NCBI GenBank assembly: GCA_958296135.2
Contig: CATQHZ020000001.1
Location: forward strand, 2,048,001 to 2,112,000
Source: an uncultured Poribacteria bacterium
GTDB taxonomy: Bacteria > Poribacteria > WGA-4E > WGA-3G
Length of the DNA stretch: 64,000 bases
Direction: 5' to 3'
This document shows positions 19,946 through 30,328 of this stretch, piece after piece (position 1 is the first letter of the stretch; each line of letters starts with the position of its first letter). A program made the position numbers and the translations under genes. A model generated the notes under the pieces. That model did not search any database and was not told where the DNA came from. It saw nothing but the letters and a program-made list of their open reading frames with translations.

Positions 19946-20494
19946 TCTGGCTTTCCTTTTACCGTAGGGCGAGGGACAGACCCCGCGCTACGGTTACTAA
20001 AAAAACGCCTCTTAAACCGTAGGGCGAGGGCCCGGCGATCGCGAATCGCCGAGGGTTTCCCTCGCCGTGCCCCGGGCGTACTCGCGAAACGTAGGGGAAA
20101 AAGCCAACTGGCGCGACAACGATCGCGGGGGACAGTGGACATCTCTGCAGCGAGGCTGCAGAGATGATAGCGTTAAGGCGTGACGGCCCCCGCGCTACGG
20201 TGGGGCAGAGACCCCTGCACTTCACCGTAGGGCGAGGGTTTCCCTCGCCATGTTGGATCGTTTCAAAAAAACGCCCGGGCCTCTGGGCTGCGGGCGTTTT
20301 TCGGTTTGACCGAGCAATCGCGGGGGACAGGCCCCCGCGCTACGGTGGAGAAGAAACCGTCTGCTTCACCGTAGGGCGAGGGCCCGGCGAGCGCGAATCG
20401 CCGAGGGTTTCCCTCGCCATGCCCCGGTCGTATCAGAAAACGCCCGGGGCCTCTGGCTTTCCTTTTACCGTAGGACGAGGACCTGTCCCTCGCC
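19946..20494. repeat. mosaic cluster of family D REP-like elements (BIME-like)
   Basis: Repeated CCGTAGGGCGAGGG...CCCTCGC and inverted GCGGGGGACAGGCCCCCGCGCTACGG units between convergent genes. Confidence 0.88.
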
Positions 20495-20498
20495 ATCG

Positions 20499-21473
20499 CT
20501 ACGCAAAAGACACCCCCAACTTAACACTCCGCTCCGGATGGTTATCCATCTCCTCATAAGCCGTGGCGGCATCGGCGAAAGGCACCACCGGGTCCACGAT
20601 GTCCTCGCAATCAAACCTACCTTCGGAGAGCCACTTCCAGCACGTATCAATAATACGCCCGAAATTCCAGCGCGGATGATCTCGGTTGGGCTCACTGTTG
20701 GCCCGCGCAAAGATAAGGTTCGGGATGTTGAAATGCGCAACGGCACCCAAGTCAAGCCCGCCTTTACACTCCTTCGCCCATCCCGCAACGACAACCGTGC
20801 CCTCAAACGCGACACTGCGGATAGCATCGTCAAGCGCGTGGTAATTGGCACTCGTTTCAATGGCGACATCAACGCCGAGGCCGCCGGTGGCTTCATGCAG
20901 CACCTCGCCGACATTGCACGCAGTTGGATCGAGCACCAGGTCTGCACCAGTCTTTTCCGCGACGGCGCGCCGCCCTGCAATCGGTTCTATGGCGGCGACG
21001 AAATCCGCGCCTGCCACCTTCGCGAATTGTTGTGTCACTAACCCTATCGCACCGAGCCCGAAGACTGCCACCCGGTCGCCGACGCGCACCTGTCCATCGC
21101 GAATCGCGGCAAGCGCAAAGTGCGCCGGATCATAGCAGACCGCCTCTTTCCACGTCATCCGCGCCGGCATCTTGAGGAGCCGCTGCGCGTTCCACGTGTG
21201 CGTCTCCTTAAGGTGCCCGTGTCCCGCGACGCGCTCGCCGAGTTCAACGCCCTCAACTTCGTCGCCGATTTCAATCACTCTACCGACGCACATATTTCCG
21301 AGGCCTTGTGGAAAGCCGGCACCGCGGAGTCCATAATACATCGTCATTTCAGTGCCGCGTTTGGGCGCGCCGAAGTCAACTTGGACGCGCACGCTATCGA
21401 CAGGTAAGGGGCCGTCTTCGTATTCTCTTAAGACCGGTTGACGGGGTGCAAGTGCAACTAATTCTTTTGGCAT
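20499..21473 (-). CDS. zinc-binding alcohol dehydrogenase (MDR) family protein
   Basis: GTE motif, GDRVAVFGLGAIG Rossmann motif, DVAIETS. Confidence 0.85.
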   Translation of the reverse strand: MPKELVALAPRQPVLREYEDGPLPVDSVRVQVDFGAPKRGTEMTMYYGLRGAGFPQGLGNMCVGRVIEIGDEVEGVELGERVAGHGHLKETHTWNAQRLLKMPARMTWKEAVCYDPAHFALAAIRDGQVRVGDRVAVFGLGAIGLVTQQFAKVAGADFVAAIEPIAGRRAVAEKTGADLVLDPTACNVGEVLHEATGGLGVDVAIETSANYHALDDAIRSVAFEGTVVVAGWAKECKGGLDLGAVAHFNIPNLIFARANSEPNRDHPRWNFGRIIDTCWKWLSEGRFDCEDIVDPVVPFADAATAYEEMDNHPERSVKLGVSFA

Positions 21474-21556
21474 GGTTTTCTCCTATTTTCTGCAGGGCGA
21501 GAGCGCATGAAGTTTAAGAACAAATCGGGTTATTTCCCAAATTGCCTCTCCTTCCC

Positions 21557-21666
21557 GTAAGACGAAGGCAGTCAAGCCGAAACGCTGCCATCTCTGCCGC
21601 CTTGCTGCAGAGATGGCCACCGTCCCTCGCCATGCCACGACCGCGGGGGACAGGCCCCCGCGCTAC
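21557..21666. repeat. inverted pair of family D REPs, one with a nested insert
   Basis: GTAAGACGAAGGC[insert]CGTCCCTCGC ... GCGGGGGACAGGCCCCCGCGCTAC. Confidence 0.75.
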
Positions 21667-21754
21667 GTTCCAAGGAAGTTATCGTCTCTGCACAAGGGAA
21701 AAAGGACCCAATTATTTTCTGAAACTTCATCTGATCTCGCCATGTGGGTATCTA

Positions 21755-24253
21755 CTAATGCGGGATGCCCAATTGGTGCATCCGGCGATGAATTGCCTCG
21801 CGCGCTTGATTGAACGGCCGAGACAAAAATTCCAGATGGTCTGCTTCGCCGTGGTGGTGTGTCACAGTGCCGGGATGATGATGGCGGGCACGCTCGCGGA
21901 TGTAAGACAACCCACCTTCAATCAGCGTCAGCATGTAATTGGCTGTCTCGGGGTCGAACATCCACCACTCTTCACCGACAGCGATGTAGACTGGGGAGGT
22001 GTGCGCGATAATGCCGCGTCCCCATCCATCGTGGTGCGGGACAGCTTGCGCATACCCAGGTCCGCCACAGCGCGCCGCAATCCACGAGTGCTTTTCAATT
22101 CTCAGGTTCGCCTTCAGGCGCAGCTGGCGCGTTCCGTTTTTATCCTCCGTAGATGCAACGACTTGCCCTGCCTGAACAATTTGCAACGTATGGATAGGGA
22201 AAATCGAATCCGCTGATGCTTCCACTTCAACCGTGCCGCCGTTGCCGGGCAGATTGATGGTGCTACCGATTGGCTGTCCATCAACGGTAAGTCGAATCAT
22301 CGGGCCGCCGCTGAGGAAGGTGTTCCCGGCACTCATGTATTTGCACCAGTTATCGTAGTTGAATTCCTCATCGTCAGGGATATGGACGTAGGTGCGGTAA
22401 ACACCGACCGGCACGTCGCTAGACATTTTATCTGTTCCGCCAACGAGGGGCAATTTATAGCCGCAATTGAGATAGCGGTAGTATTCAATGTGGCCATACA
22501 TCGCATTCGTCAGGTATTCGACAGCGTCCACGCGCCCAGTTGCGATGAGCGTCGCCGGTTCGCAGTTCGGATTGGGGATGTGCGGCAGCACGACGGTGCC
22601 GCCTTGCGCATGGCAAGCATCAGCCCAGTGCGAAAGCGTCGTCTCCATGTTTCCGCCGAGTTCTGCCTCACCGGGGCCATCGGAACACCACGGCGCAACC
22701 TGCTCTTTCAAACCGAGCAAGGTGAGATGCCCTAGGACATGCTGCCGATTCTCCTGCGTGGCATAGACAATGCTCCTGCCATCATCCGACACCGCCGGTC
22801 TGCCGATGAACTCCTCGGTATTCGTGAAGAGATGTCCCCACTGCGAGAGGAGCAGGTTGACTACCCCGAGGTCTTCGCCTTGCGCTTCGGTGTGCGCACC
22901 TTGTGTGGAGAGGAAATGGACGTGCGTGTCGCCGCTAAAATAGCGTTCCGCGTTCATATTACACCACCGCTTGAGACGCAGTGTGAGCTCGCGTTGCCCC
23001 GGTTTAATCTCCACAGTGGTTCGCAGCGGCGTGTACTCATAGCCGCGGGCGACATCGACGATAACCTCGCCGCGCGGCAGCCAGCCTTGACAGGTGCCAT
23101 CAATATAGGCGTAGCTGATCTGGCCCAGCCGCACATCGCCGCCGACATCAATATGCCACGTGCCCATGTTGGAATTAACGTGCGCGTGGTGTCCGTGCGG
23201 CGCATAAGGCACACCGTGCGGCGAACGGAAGTGGACGCGGCACGGCACCGGCTTGTTCGTGTCGTCGTCAAGGACGGTGGTATGCACCCAATTCCTGCCG
23301 CTATCAATCAGTTGCACCTTGACCCGCTCGTTTGGTTGCACCGTGCCTTTTGCTTCGACTTCGCCCCAATTCACCGTGCCAAGCGTTTCGCCGTGGTTCT
23401 TGATTGCCACGCTTGCCGAGGGAGTGGCGGATACCTCCACATACGCCGGACTGCTTTTGTTGTTTTGGGATTCGCCCCACCCCCTGAAATCGTCGTTGAT
23501 GAAAGCATCGGTGGCGTTTTCGGGGAGCGGATAGGGGTAAGTTGCGACACCCCGGTCGACCTCCACTTCCATATCAAACGGTTTATCGGCATCCTCCTGC
23601 TGTGGGAGAGTCACCTTGAGTTCGCGGCGCGGGTGCCGAGGCACCGGGGCCTCGGCAAGATAACCGAGAGTGATGGCGGCGATGATGAATTTTCGCTCCA
23701 TCGGCTGAATCGTAACGGATTCAATTGCCACGTCCGGTCTCGGATTTTCCCAAATCCACAAGTAGTAGTCGCGCGGATAAGTTTGGTATGTCTCGGTTTG
23801 GCGATTGCCAGCGGAACCCCATGGGCCCTGGTGGCGGTTGATGAGCCCCTCCTTCTGGTCTGGCACAGCGAGGAATGGTTGTTGTCCCCATCCTTGCGGC
23901 AAGGCGGCAATCTCAAACCGCTCGCGAATCGGGACGTTCACCGTCGCGCCATCGGCATAGCAGAAAACGTAATTGGCGATGTGCTTGCCGATCGGTTCGC
24001 CTTCAAAAACGTGTGATTCCAAAAGACGGTGCGCTACGATGACCCGGCGCGGTTTCGCTGCAATCGGCACACTGATAGGCTCGGGGTTGATACCTTCACC
24101 GAAACCAAGGAAACACGCGAGGTTTCCTTCTCCGATTTGGAACGGCAAGCCGTGGAACGTTTGTGAACCGAGGGCGGGATTGGCTCGCTCACCGAGGATG
24201 TCCGCACCGACGTTGCACAAATCGGAGAGTGCGACAGGTTGATAGTCTTGCAT
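21755..24253 (-). CDS. CehA/McbA family (PHP-like) metallohydrolase
   Basis: FSGDTHVH, QENRQHVLGH, VLPH, YRYLNCGYKLPLVGGTD, AHTSPVY. Confidence 0.85.
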   Translation of the reverse strand: MQDYQPVALSDLCNVGADILGERANPALGSQTFHGLPFQIGEGNLACFLGFGEGINPEPISVPIAAKPRRVIVAHRLLESHVFEGEPIGKHIANYVFCYADGATVNVPIRERFEIAALPQGWGQQPFLAVPDQKEGLINRHQGPWGSAGNRQTETYQTYPRDYYLWIWENPRPDVAIESVTIQPMERKFIIAAITLGYLAEAPVPRHPRRELKVTLPQQEDADKPFDMEVEVDRGVATYPYPLPENATDAFINDDFRGWGESQNNKSSPAYVEVSATPSASVAIKNHGETLGTVNWGEVEAKGTVQPNERVKVQLIDSGRNWVHTTVLDDDTNKPVPCRVHFRSPHGVPYAPHGHHAHVNSNMGTWHIDVGGDVRLGQISYAYIDGTCQGWLPRGEVIVDVARGYEYTPLRTTVEIKPGQRELTLRLKRWCNMNAERYFSGDTHVHFLSTQGAHTEAQGEDLGVVNLLLSQWGHLFTNTEEFIGRPAVSDDGRSIVYATQENRQHVLGHLTLLGLKEQVAPWCSDGPGEAELGGNMETTLSHWADACHAQGGTVVLPHIPNPNCEPATLIATGRVDAVEYLTNAMYGHIEYYRYLNCGYKLPLVGGTDKMSSDVPVGVYRTYVHIPDDEEFNYDNWCKYMSAGNTFLSGGPMIRLTVDGQPIGSTINLPGNGGTVEVEASADSIFPIHTLQIVQAGQVVASTEDKNGTRQLRLKANLRIEKHSWIAARCGGPGYAQAVPHHDGWGRGIIAHTSPVYIAVGEEWWMFDPETANYMLTLIEGGLSYIRERARHHHPGTVTHHHGEADHLEFLSRPFNQAREAIHRRMHQLGIPH

Positions 24254-24348
24254 AAGATGCCTCCTTATACTGTTCCTCTGCCCGTAGCGCGAGGCGAAAC
24301 TATTGAGCGTACCAAGCATCGCATCGCCTTTATATCCTGCCTTTAACC

Positions 24349-24451
24349 GTAGTGCGAGGGCCTGTCCCTCGCGGTCTGCCGCCTGGAGCCAAAACGGCTC
24401 TTGGTCCGTGAACCAATGCCCGTTTCCTAGCTGATATCGTCCTCGCCCTAC
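24349..24451. repeat. family D REP pair
   Basis: GTAGTGCGAGGGCCTGTCCCTCGC and inverted partial CCTCGCCCTAC. Confidence 0.7.
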
Positions 24452-24498
24452 GAAGGGTGCAGCAGTTTTGAAACGTCGCAGCGGTTTTTAGATGATGA

Positions 24499-25494
24499 TT
24501 AAAGCGGCAGCCCGATTGCCACCCCCTGTTCGGAGGATAGATAGAACGCCTGCATCAACTCCGTCAGGTTGCGTCCATCTTCGATGGTAATCGTCATCGG
24601 TTCGTCGCGGAGGATGGCGTTAATCCACTGCTGCATCGGTTCCGGCGGTGCCGAGGGCGCGTTAGCGATGTATTCCGCTTTCTCCTCATCGGAAAGTTTA
24701 CGGGTTTCAAAGTGCATTTCCCCATGCCCGGCGACGAAAGAACCTTCCGTGCCATAGAGCTCTAGCAGATTCGGTCCTGAGCGGTGCGTCCACGCGACAT
24801 CAATAACACCCAACGCCTTGTTCGCGAATTCAACGACAGAGACGCTGTTATCGTCAATAGCGTAGTTGCCGGTGAAGTTATTAATCTTGGCGATGGTGCT
24901 TTTCGGCTCGCCCATCAGCCATCTGATGACATCAACACGGTGACAGCCGAGGTCGAACAAGGCACCGCCACCAGCGCGTGCCGCATCGGCGAACCACGCG
25001 CTCGTGCCGTTGAACCATTTGTCGAGTCCGGCGGAATGCGCGATGCGTCCCCTTCCGAACGTCAAATCGCCGAGGAGGCCATCGTCAAGTGCCTTCTTGG
25101 CAAATAAGATTTCTGGATTGCATCGAGATGGCAAGGAAATCATGAACTTCACGCCTGCCTTCTCAACGGCGGAAATGATGGCATCGCAGCCGTCAACGTC
25201 AATAGCTAGTGCCTTCTCGGTGAAGATATGTTTCCCAGCTTCGGCGGCGGCTATCATGACTCGCGGATGGTCGGACGTGATGGCATCCACAGAGACTGCG
25301 TCTACATCGTCACGGCTGAGGACTTCGTCCAGGGCTGTGTAGAAGGGAACGCCGTATTGTTCGGCAGCGTTTCTGCCGCCGTACTCCTCTTCGTCCCAGA
25401 CAGCGACGAGTTCGGTTTCGGGGTTATCGTTAATTTTTCGGGCGTATCCACCGGCGTGGACATGCGCCATGCTGAGCTTGGCAACTCGGATCAT
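24499..25494 (-). CDS. Gfo/Idh/MocA family oxidoreductase
   Basis: AAEAGKHIFTEKAL, GGGALFDLGCH, LYGTEG. Confidence 0.9.
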   Translation of the reverse strand: MIRVAKLSMAHVHAGGYARKINDNPETELVAVWDEEEYGGRNAAEQYGVPFYTALDEVLSRDDVDAVSVDAITSDHPRVMIAAAEAGKHIFTEKALAIDVDGCDAIISAVEKAGVKFMISLPSRCNPEILFAKKALDDGLLGDLTFGRGRIAHSAGLDKWFNGTSAWFADAARAGGGALFDLGCHRVDVIRWLMGEPKSTIAKINNFTGNYAIDDNSVSVVEFANKALGVIDVAWTHRSGPNLLELYGTEGSFVAGHGEMHFETRKLSDEEKAEYIANAPSAPPEPMQQWINAILRDEPMTITIEDGRNLTELMQAFYLSSEQGVAIGLPL

Positions 25495-25539
25495 TGGGTT
25501 CTCCTCTGTCTGAATTTCAAATTTGCAGGATTAACGGGA

Positions 25540-25564
25540 GGCGAGGGACAGGCCCTCGCCCTAC
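25540..25564 (-). repeat. family D REP
   Basis: Reverse complement reads GTAGGGCGAGGGCCTGTCCCTCGCC. Confidence 0.8.
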
Positions 25565-25587
25565 GATGAAGGGGACGGTAAACGTGG

Positions 25588-26361
25588 TTACCGGATGCGG
25601 CCAACGGAGGAACGCGTCGCGAAATGATTCCACCCGCGAAGCACCAATTGCACGTTCGTGTGCCGGTTCTCGGCTTCGACCTGGTCATCGCCAGCGTGCA
25701 TCTGAACGAGGACACTCTTGCGCGTCCGGTTTGAACGATTTGGCATGGACCCGTGCAAGGTAAAATAACTGAAGAAGAGGACATCGCCGGGTTCCGCCTC
25801 CAAGACGGTCGCGTCCTCGATCGGATACTGTTCGGTGATAGCCTCGTTCTGTCCGCTACCCATCATGCCATCGGTGCGTCTCAACCGCTTGTGCGAACCG
25901 GGATAAACGCGCACACAGCCCATCTCATCGGTAGCATCCGAAACATAGATGATGGCGGCCATCATCGTATCCTTGACAGAGGGGAAATATTGCCAATCTT
26001 GGTGCATCGGGAACGGCGCGCCTCTCTCCGGCGGTTTGCAGAAAAGTTTGGAGTGGTGCAGCAGAATATCCGGCCCGAGGACCGCCTCGGTGATGTCAAG
26101 GAATCTCTCCTGCAAAAACGCTTGCATCCACACGGCAGAGAAACTCTGGATATTATGCGTGTGAATGATAACGGATTCGCCACCGTCCAGCGCGTCCATC
26201 AGTCTGCCGCCCCATCGGGCGTTGACGTTCTCATCGCTCTTGAGGAGCTGATCGACGACCCGGTCGAAATCGTGCTCCATCGCTCTCACTTCTTCAGGCG
26301 AATAGACACCCTTGGCGAAGTAATAGCCGTTTTCGTGAAAGAAGTTTCCGATATCTGACAT
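25588..26361 (-). CDS. phytanoyl-CoA dioxygenase (PhyH) family protein
   Basis: FFHENGY, MHQD, GCVRVYPGSH, PGDVLFF...LHGSMPNRS. Confidence 0.9.
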   Translation of the reverse strand: MSDIGNFFHENGYYFAKGVYSPEEVRAMEHDFDRVVDQLLKSDENVNARWGGRLMDALDGGESVIIHTHNIQSFSAVWMQAFLQERFLDITEAVLGPDILLHHSKLFCKPPERGAPFPMHQDWQYFPSVKDTMMAAIIYVSDATDEMGCVRVYPGSHKRLRRTDGMMGSGQNEAITEQYPIEDATVLEAEPGDVLFFSYFTLHGSMPNRSNRTRKSVLVQMHAGDDQVEAENRHTNVQLVLRGWNHFATRSSVGRIR

Positions 26362-26454
26362 TGGGGTTTTGTTACCTCAATTCGGTGTGAGCGGAAACCA
26401 TAGAAATCCGCCCTGACACAGAACAGCTTCCGTAGTCGCTGTTTGAAACCGCGC

Positions 26455-27192
26455 CTACGGCGCGTCTTCGGTTATCTCAAAAAATAGGTTAACGAGCCAA
26501 TTGGGCACCGGGTTATCCGCTGCAACCTCTCGTTCCAACTGACTGAGCGTGTTAAAGACAGCGAACTGCCCTTCGTTGAGGATGCCAACCTTATTGCATA
26601 GCCTTGGTACATCGTCAATCTGATTTGTGGCAATGACGACGGTTTTTCCCATCGCGCGGAGTTCGTTGAGCAATTCTATCATCTCAATCTGCCCGCGTGC
26701 ATCCAGCGGCGCGAGCGGTTCGTCAAGTAGCCACAACTCCGGTTCGTGCAAGAAGGTTTTGGCGAATAAGAGCCGCTGCCGTTCGCCGGTTGACAACGCG
26801 CCGATTTTCACGTCGCGCAGCGGTTCAATGTCCATCAGATCCAGCACTGCATCGATTGCCGTAGTGCGTTCGCGGCGTTCCATGCGATACGCCGCGGCGA
26901 AAAAATCGAGGTACGCCGCGGCAGACAATTCAGGGTATCCTTCAAACGCAACCGGCACATATCCGATGAGCGGCCGCACCTGTTTCAGGTTGCTGAAGGC
27001 ATCGTAACCGGCGATAGAGACGGAGCCGGATGTTGGCTCTATCAACGTCGCCAAGAGATTGAGCAGGAGCGTTTTGCCCGCGCCGTTTTTTCCGAGTAGT
27101 GCAAGGCACTCGCCGCTCTCCACCTGAAACGTGAGGGAGATGAGATACGGCTCTTTGTCAAAGGATTTGCACAGGTTTTGGACATCCAGCAT
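26455..27192 (-). CDS. ABC transporter ATP-binding protein
   Basis: GKNGAGKT, LSTGERQR, LLDEP. Confidence 0.88.
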   Translation of the reverse strand: MLDVQNLCKSFDKEPYLISLTFQVESGECLALLGKNGAGKTLLLNLLATLIEPTSGSVSIAGYDAFSNLKQVRPLIGYVPVAFEGYPELSAAAYLDFFAAAYRMERRERTTAIDAVLDLMDIEPLRDVKIGALSTGERQRLLFAKTFLHEPELWLLDEPLAPLDARGQIEMIELLNELRAMGKTVVIATNQIDDVPRLCNKVGILNEGQFAVFNTLSQLEREVAADNPVPNWLVNLFFEITEDAP

Positions 27193-27272
27193 TTTCAATT
27201 AATTCTGTAGGGCGAGCTCGCCGTGTTTGCGAGCTTGCAACGCGCGCAAACGGGCGGCACGGAAACCCACCG

Positions 27273-28277
27273 TTAACGCAAATCTACCTTCACCGGCATG
27301 CCGAGTTTTGCGGATTCCCACGCGGCTTCAGTTAATTGAATGACGCGCAAGCCGTTCTCCACGCCGATAGGGTTCTCTGTCCGTTCGCCGCGGATGAGCT
27401 CAATGAAGACCGCGTCTTTGTTGGCACCCTCTGGCATATCTGCCGCAGGCACCTCAACGAGGCCGCCCTCTTTTTCTTGGCGGTAAAGTTTGCCGGCGCG
27501 GAGGTAAAGCGCGCCTCCCTCCATCCAGATTGAGAAATCTTCCTGAACGCCGCCATACGCATGCCCGACGATGCTGATATTGCACAGCGCACCGGTATCA
27601 AACTTGATTGACATCGCGGTGAGGACATCCACCTCAATGTCAAGGTTATCTATCATCGCGAAGACGGTGTCCGGACTCGCCTCTAACACCCAGAGGAGGA
27701 TGTCGATGAGGTGACTGCCGGAATCGTTGAGCTGCCCACCGCCGCCGAGGAACGGATCTTGCCGCCACTTTCCCTGTTGATTCCGATACCAATTCTGCGA
27801 CTGATGCGCCTCCACAAAATGGACAGGACCGAGCGCGCCGCTCTGGACGACTTGCCGGCAATATTGATACGTCGGACTCAGGTGCCGTTGATAACCGATG
27901 AGCAGATGCAATCCTGTCTCTTCGACTTTTGCGATGACCTGCTTCGCGTGGGATACGGTGCAAACCATCGGCTTTTCGGTGTGCACGTGACATCCTGCGT
28001 CAAGCGACTCCATGATATGCTGAAAATGGAGCCCGTGCGGCGAACTGATGACGACAGCATCCGGGTTGACTGCAGCGAGCATCTCACCGGAGTCGGCGTA
28101 GGTTCGGAGCGATGCATCCAAGCCGACGTTCTCTTTGAATGCCGCGAGCGAGTTTTCACTCGGGTCAGCGAGGGCGACAATCTCCACGCCTTCCACGCGA
28201 GAGACGCTGCGTCCGTGTCCGCGTGCATTCCCGCCACATCCGATGAAGGCGACGTTGATTTTCTGTTTGGTTGTCAT
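27273..28277 (-). CDS. Gfo/Idh/MocA family oxidoreductase
   Basis: FIGCGG, HVHTEKPM, GGGQLNDSGSH. Confidence 0.9.
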   Translation of the reverse strand: MTTKQKINVAFIGCGGNARGHGRSVSRVEGVEIVALADPSENSLAAFKENVGLDASLRTYADSGEMLAAVNPDAVVISSPHGLHFQHIMESLDAGCHVHTEKPMVCTVSHAKQVIAKVEETGLHLLIGYQRHLSPTYQYCRQVVQSGALGPVHFVEAHQSQNWYRNQQGKWRQDPFLGGGGQLNDSGSHLIDILLWVLEASPDTVFAMIDNLDIEVDVLTAMSIKFDTGALCNISIVGHAYGGVQEDFSIWMEGGALYLRAGKLYRQEKEGGLVEVPAADMPEGANKDAVFIELIRGERTENPIGVENGLRVIQLTEAAWESAKLGMPVKVDLR

Positions 28278-28414
28278 GAGATAGGATTCGGTTTCCTTTT
28301 TAGGTTTGGGGTTAATTTATCATCATTTGCAAAAAAAGTCAAGAATTTTCGGAAAATAAAAAAGAGGCAAGCCGAAGACTTACCTCTTTAGACGATTAGG
28401 CGGGAAGATCATTT

Positions 28415-30013
28415 CTACTTCCGCACCAGCATCTTCTTGGTTGCGGTGAAATCTCCCACCGTGAGTGTATAGAAATAGGCCCCGCTTGCAACGGGTTCGC
28501 CCTGAACATTGCGGCCATCCCAATACGCTGCACGGCTGCGGCTCTGATACACACCTGCAGGCAATTGTCCCAACGCCAGCGTGCGAACCAACTTTCCATC
28601 CGCCGCATGGATTGTGACAGTGACTCCAGCGCGGGTTGCCAATTGGTAGGGTATCCACGTTTCCGGGTTGAACGGATTGGGATAGTTGGCAAACAGGGCT
28701 GTTTCCGTGGGTGGTGCTTCGACAAACGTTAACGCCGCCAGTAGCCGTTTTAGCGCGGCAATTCCTTCTGGTTCTGCATTAACTTGTCTTGCATCGCGAA
28801 TCCACCTCTCCACATCCGCCTCCGTAAATCCGTAGGAGCGAGTTCCAGTTCTTGATTGCTTTGCGAGGGCAGGTGCAGCTGCAGTATCTATGGCTTTTGC
28901 AACCAATATCAGATCTTCAATATCTATGGTGCCATCGTTGTTGATATCCGCTCTTCGATTCGCGCCTCCCGCGACGGTTTTACCGTAGTTATTCGCTACC
29001 GCGATGATGTCTCGAAACGTGACCTTCCCATCGTTATTGACATCCACAGGGAGCAATTTCCACAATCGGATGGTGCCATCGTCGCTGCCGCTCGCGAAGG
29101 TTTTCCCATAAGGCGAAAATGCCATTGCGCGAACCCTGTTGCTATGTCCCGTGAGGAGCGCTATATACTTTCCGCTTTTTGGGTTCCACAAACGGATTTG
29201 GCCGCAGCAGTCTCCGCTCGCGAGAATATTCCCATTCGGCGCGAAGGCTACTGATGCCACACTATTTGCGTGCCCTTTGAGAGCACGCAGGGTCCGCTTG
29301 GTTTTCAGAGACCAGATGCGAATGGTTTCGTCACTGCTACCGCTGGCGAGTGTCTGCCCATCGGGACTCCAGGCCACCGAGTTAATAGGGCCTTGATGTC
29401 CTCGGAGGACAGCCAAGCTTTTACCGTTGTTCGGGTTCCATAACCGCACGGTGCCATCGTCGCCCGCGCTGGCGAGTGTCTGCCCATTCGGGCTCCAGGC
29501 CACCGCCCAGACTCTACTTGCGTGTCCTTTCAGCGTGCGCACGTGCCGCAGGTTGTTAGCATCAGCCAAGTTCCAGATGCGGACGGTTTTGTCGTCGCTC
29601 CCACTGGCAAGGAGATACTCCCCTGGCTTGAAAGCTAAACTCAGGACAGCATCGGTATGCCCCGCAATCTCACCACGCCAAGCACCTTGAGATGCATATC
29701 GCGTTCTGATTCGATAGTTCTTTTCACCACCGTGGGCAACGATAAATGGCTTACGCGACGAAATGGCAACGGCCCAAATAGACTCGTCTTGACGCTGATA
29801 CCATTTCTCACCCCCGGTGTTGACATCCCACGCGATGAGTGTGCCGTGATTGCTTCCACTGAGCAGCGTTCCACTATCTCTGAAGGCTACTGACTCAACA
29901 ACGCCTTGCCATTCCATGGTAGTGGTGGGGACATATTCCTCAGCAGCTGCAGGTGTCAGTGCCATTATGGCGGTTAGCAGCAATGTAAAAGGGAAAAACA
30001 TCGTTTTTTTCAT
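28415..30013 (-). CDS. exported WD40-repeat protein with dockerin/EF-hand-like motifs and FlgD/T9SS-like C-terminal domain
   Basis: Signal peptide; GHxxxVxSxAxSPxGxxLASGSxDxTIRxW repeats; DVNNDGKV/DINNDGTI; NYPNPFNPETWIPYQL...YWDGRN...VASGAYFY. Confidence 0.9.
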   Translation of the reverse strand: MKKTMFFPFTLLLTAIMALTPAAAEEYVPTTTMEWQGVVESVAFRDSGTLLSGSNHGTLIAWDVNTGGEKWYQRQDESIWAVAISSRKPFIVAHGGEKNYRIRTRYASQGAWRGEIAGHTDAVLSLAFKPGEYLLASGSDDKTVRIWNLADANNLRHVRTLKGHASRVWAVAWSPNGQTLASAGDDGTVRLWNPNNGKSLAVLRGHQGPINSVAWSPDGQTLASGSSDETIRIWSLKTKRTLRALKGHANSVASVAFAPNGNILASGDCCGQIRLWNPKSGKYIALLTGHSNRVRAMAFSPYGKTFASGSDDGTIRLWKLLPVDVNNDGKVTFRDIIAVANNYGKTVAGGANRRADINNDGTIDIEDLILVAKAIDTAAAPALAKQSRTGTRSYGFTEADVERWIRDARQVNAEPEGIAALKRLLAALTFVEAPPTETALFANYPNPFNPETWIPYQLATRAGVTVTIHAADGKLVRTLALGQLPAGVYQSRSRAAYWDGRNVQGEPVASGAYFYTLTVGDFTATKKMLVRK

Positions 30014-30328
30014 TCGATTTCTCCTGCTGAATAGAGGCGGATATGAATGACATCCGCCTTTACGTTAGACATGGGTAACACATTTTTCCGCGAAAAATTC
30101 AAGAATTTCGGATTTTCTCGACATTCATTGAGATTATACACAAATTGCGGTGACATGTCAAATAATTTGTATGCAGCAAGAATACTATCATCCTGCAAAT
30201 CCGTGATTCAGACAGCATGACGAGGGACAGGCCCTCGCCCGACAACGCGCAGCGAGACGCTGCAATTTGCAATAACCTCGGATCTCTGCTAAAATGGCTC
30301 CAAAGCAATTCGCGAGAGGAGATAGCAG

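Noticed and set aside
19946-20494. Possible CRISPR array or small ORFs (19942-20559)
   Set aside because: Repeats alternate in orientation with irregular spacing; the ORFs are translations of REP sequence
21542-22216. 224-aa plus-strand ORF
   Set aside because: Begins in REP sequence and overlaps the hydrolase antisense; no recognisable motif
22739-24016. 425-aa plus-strand ORF
   Set aside because: Antisense shadow of the CehA/McbA hydrolase
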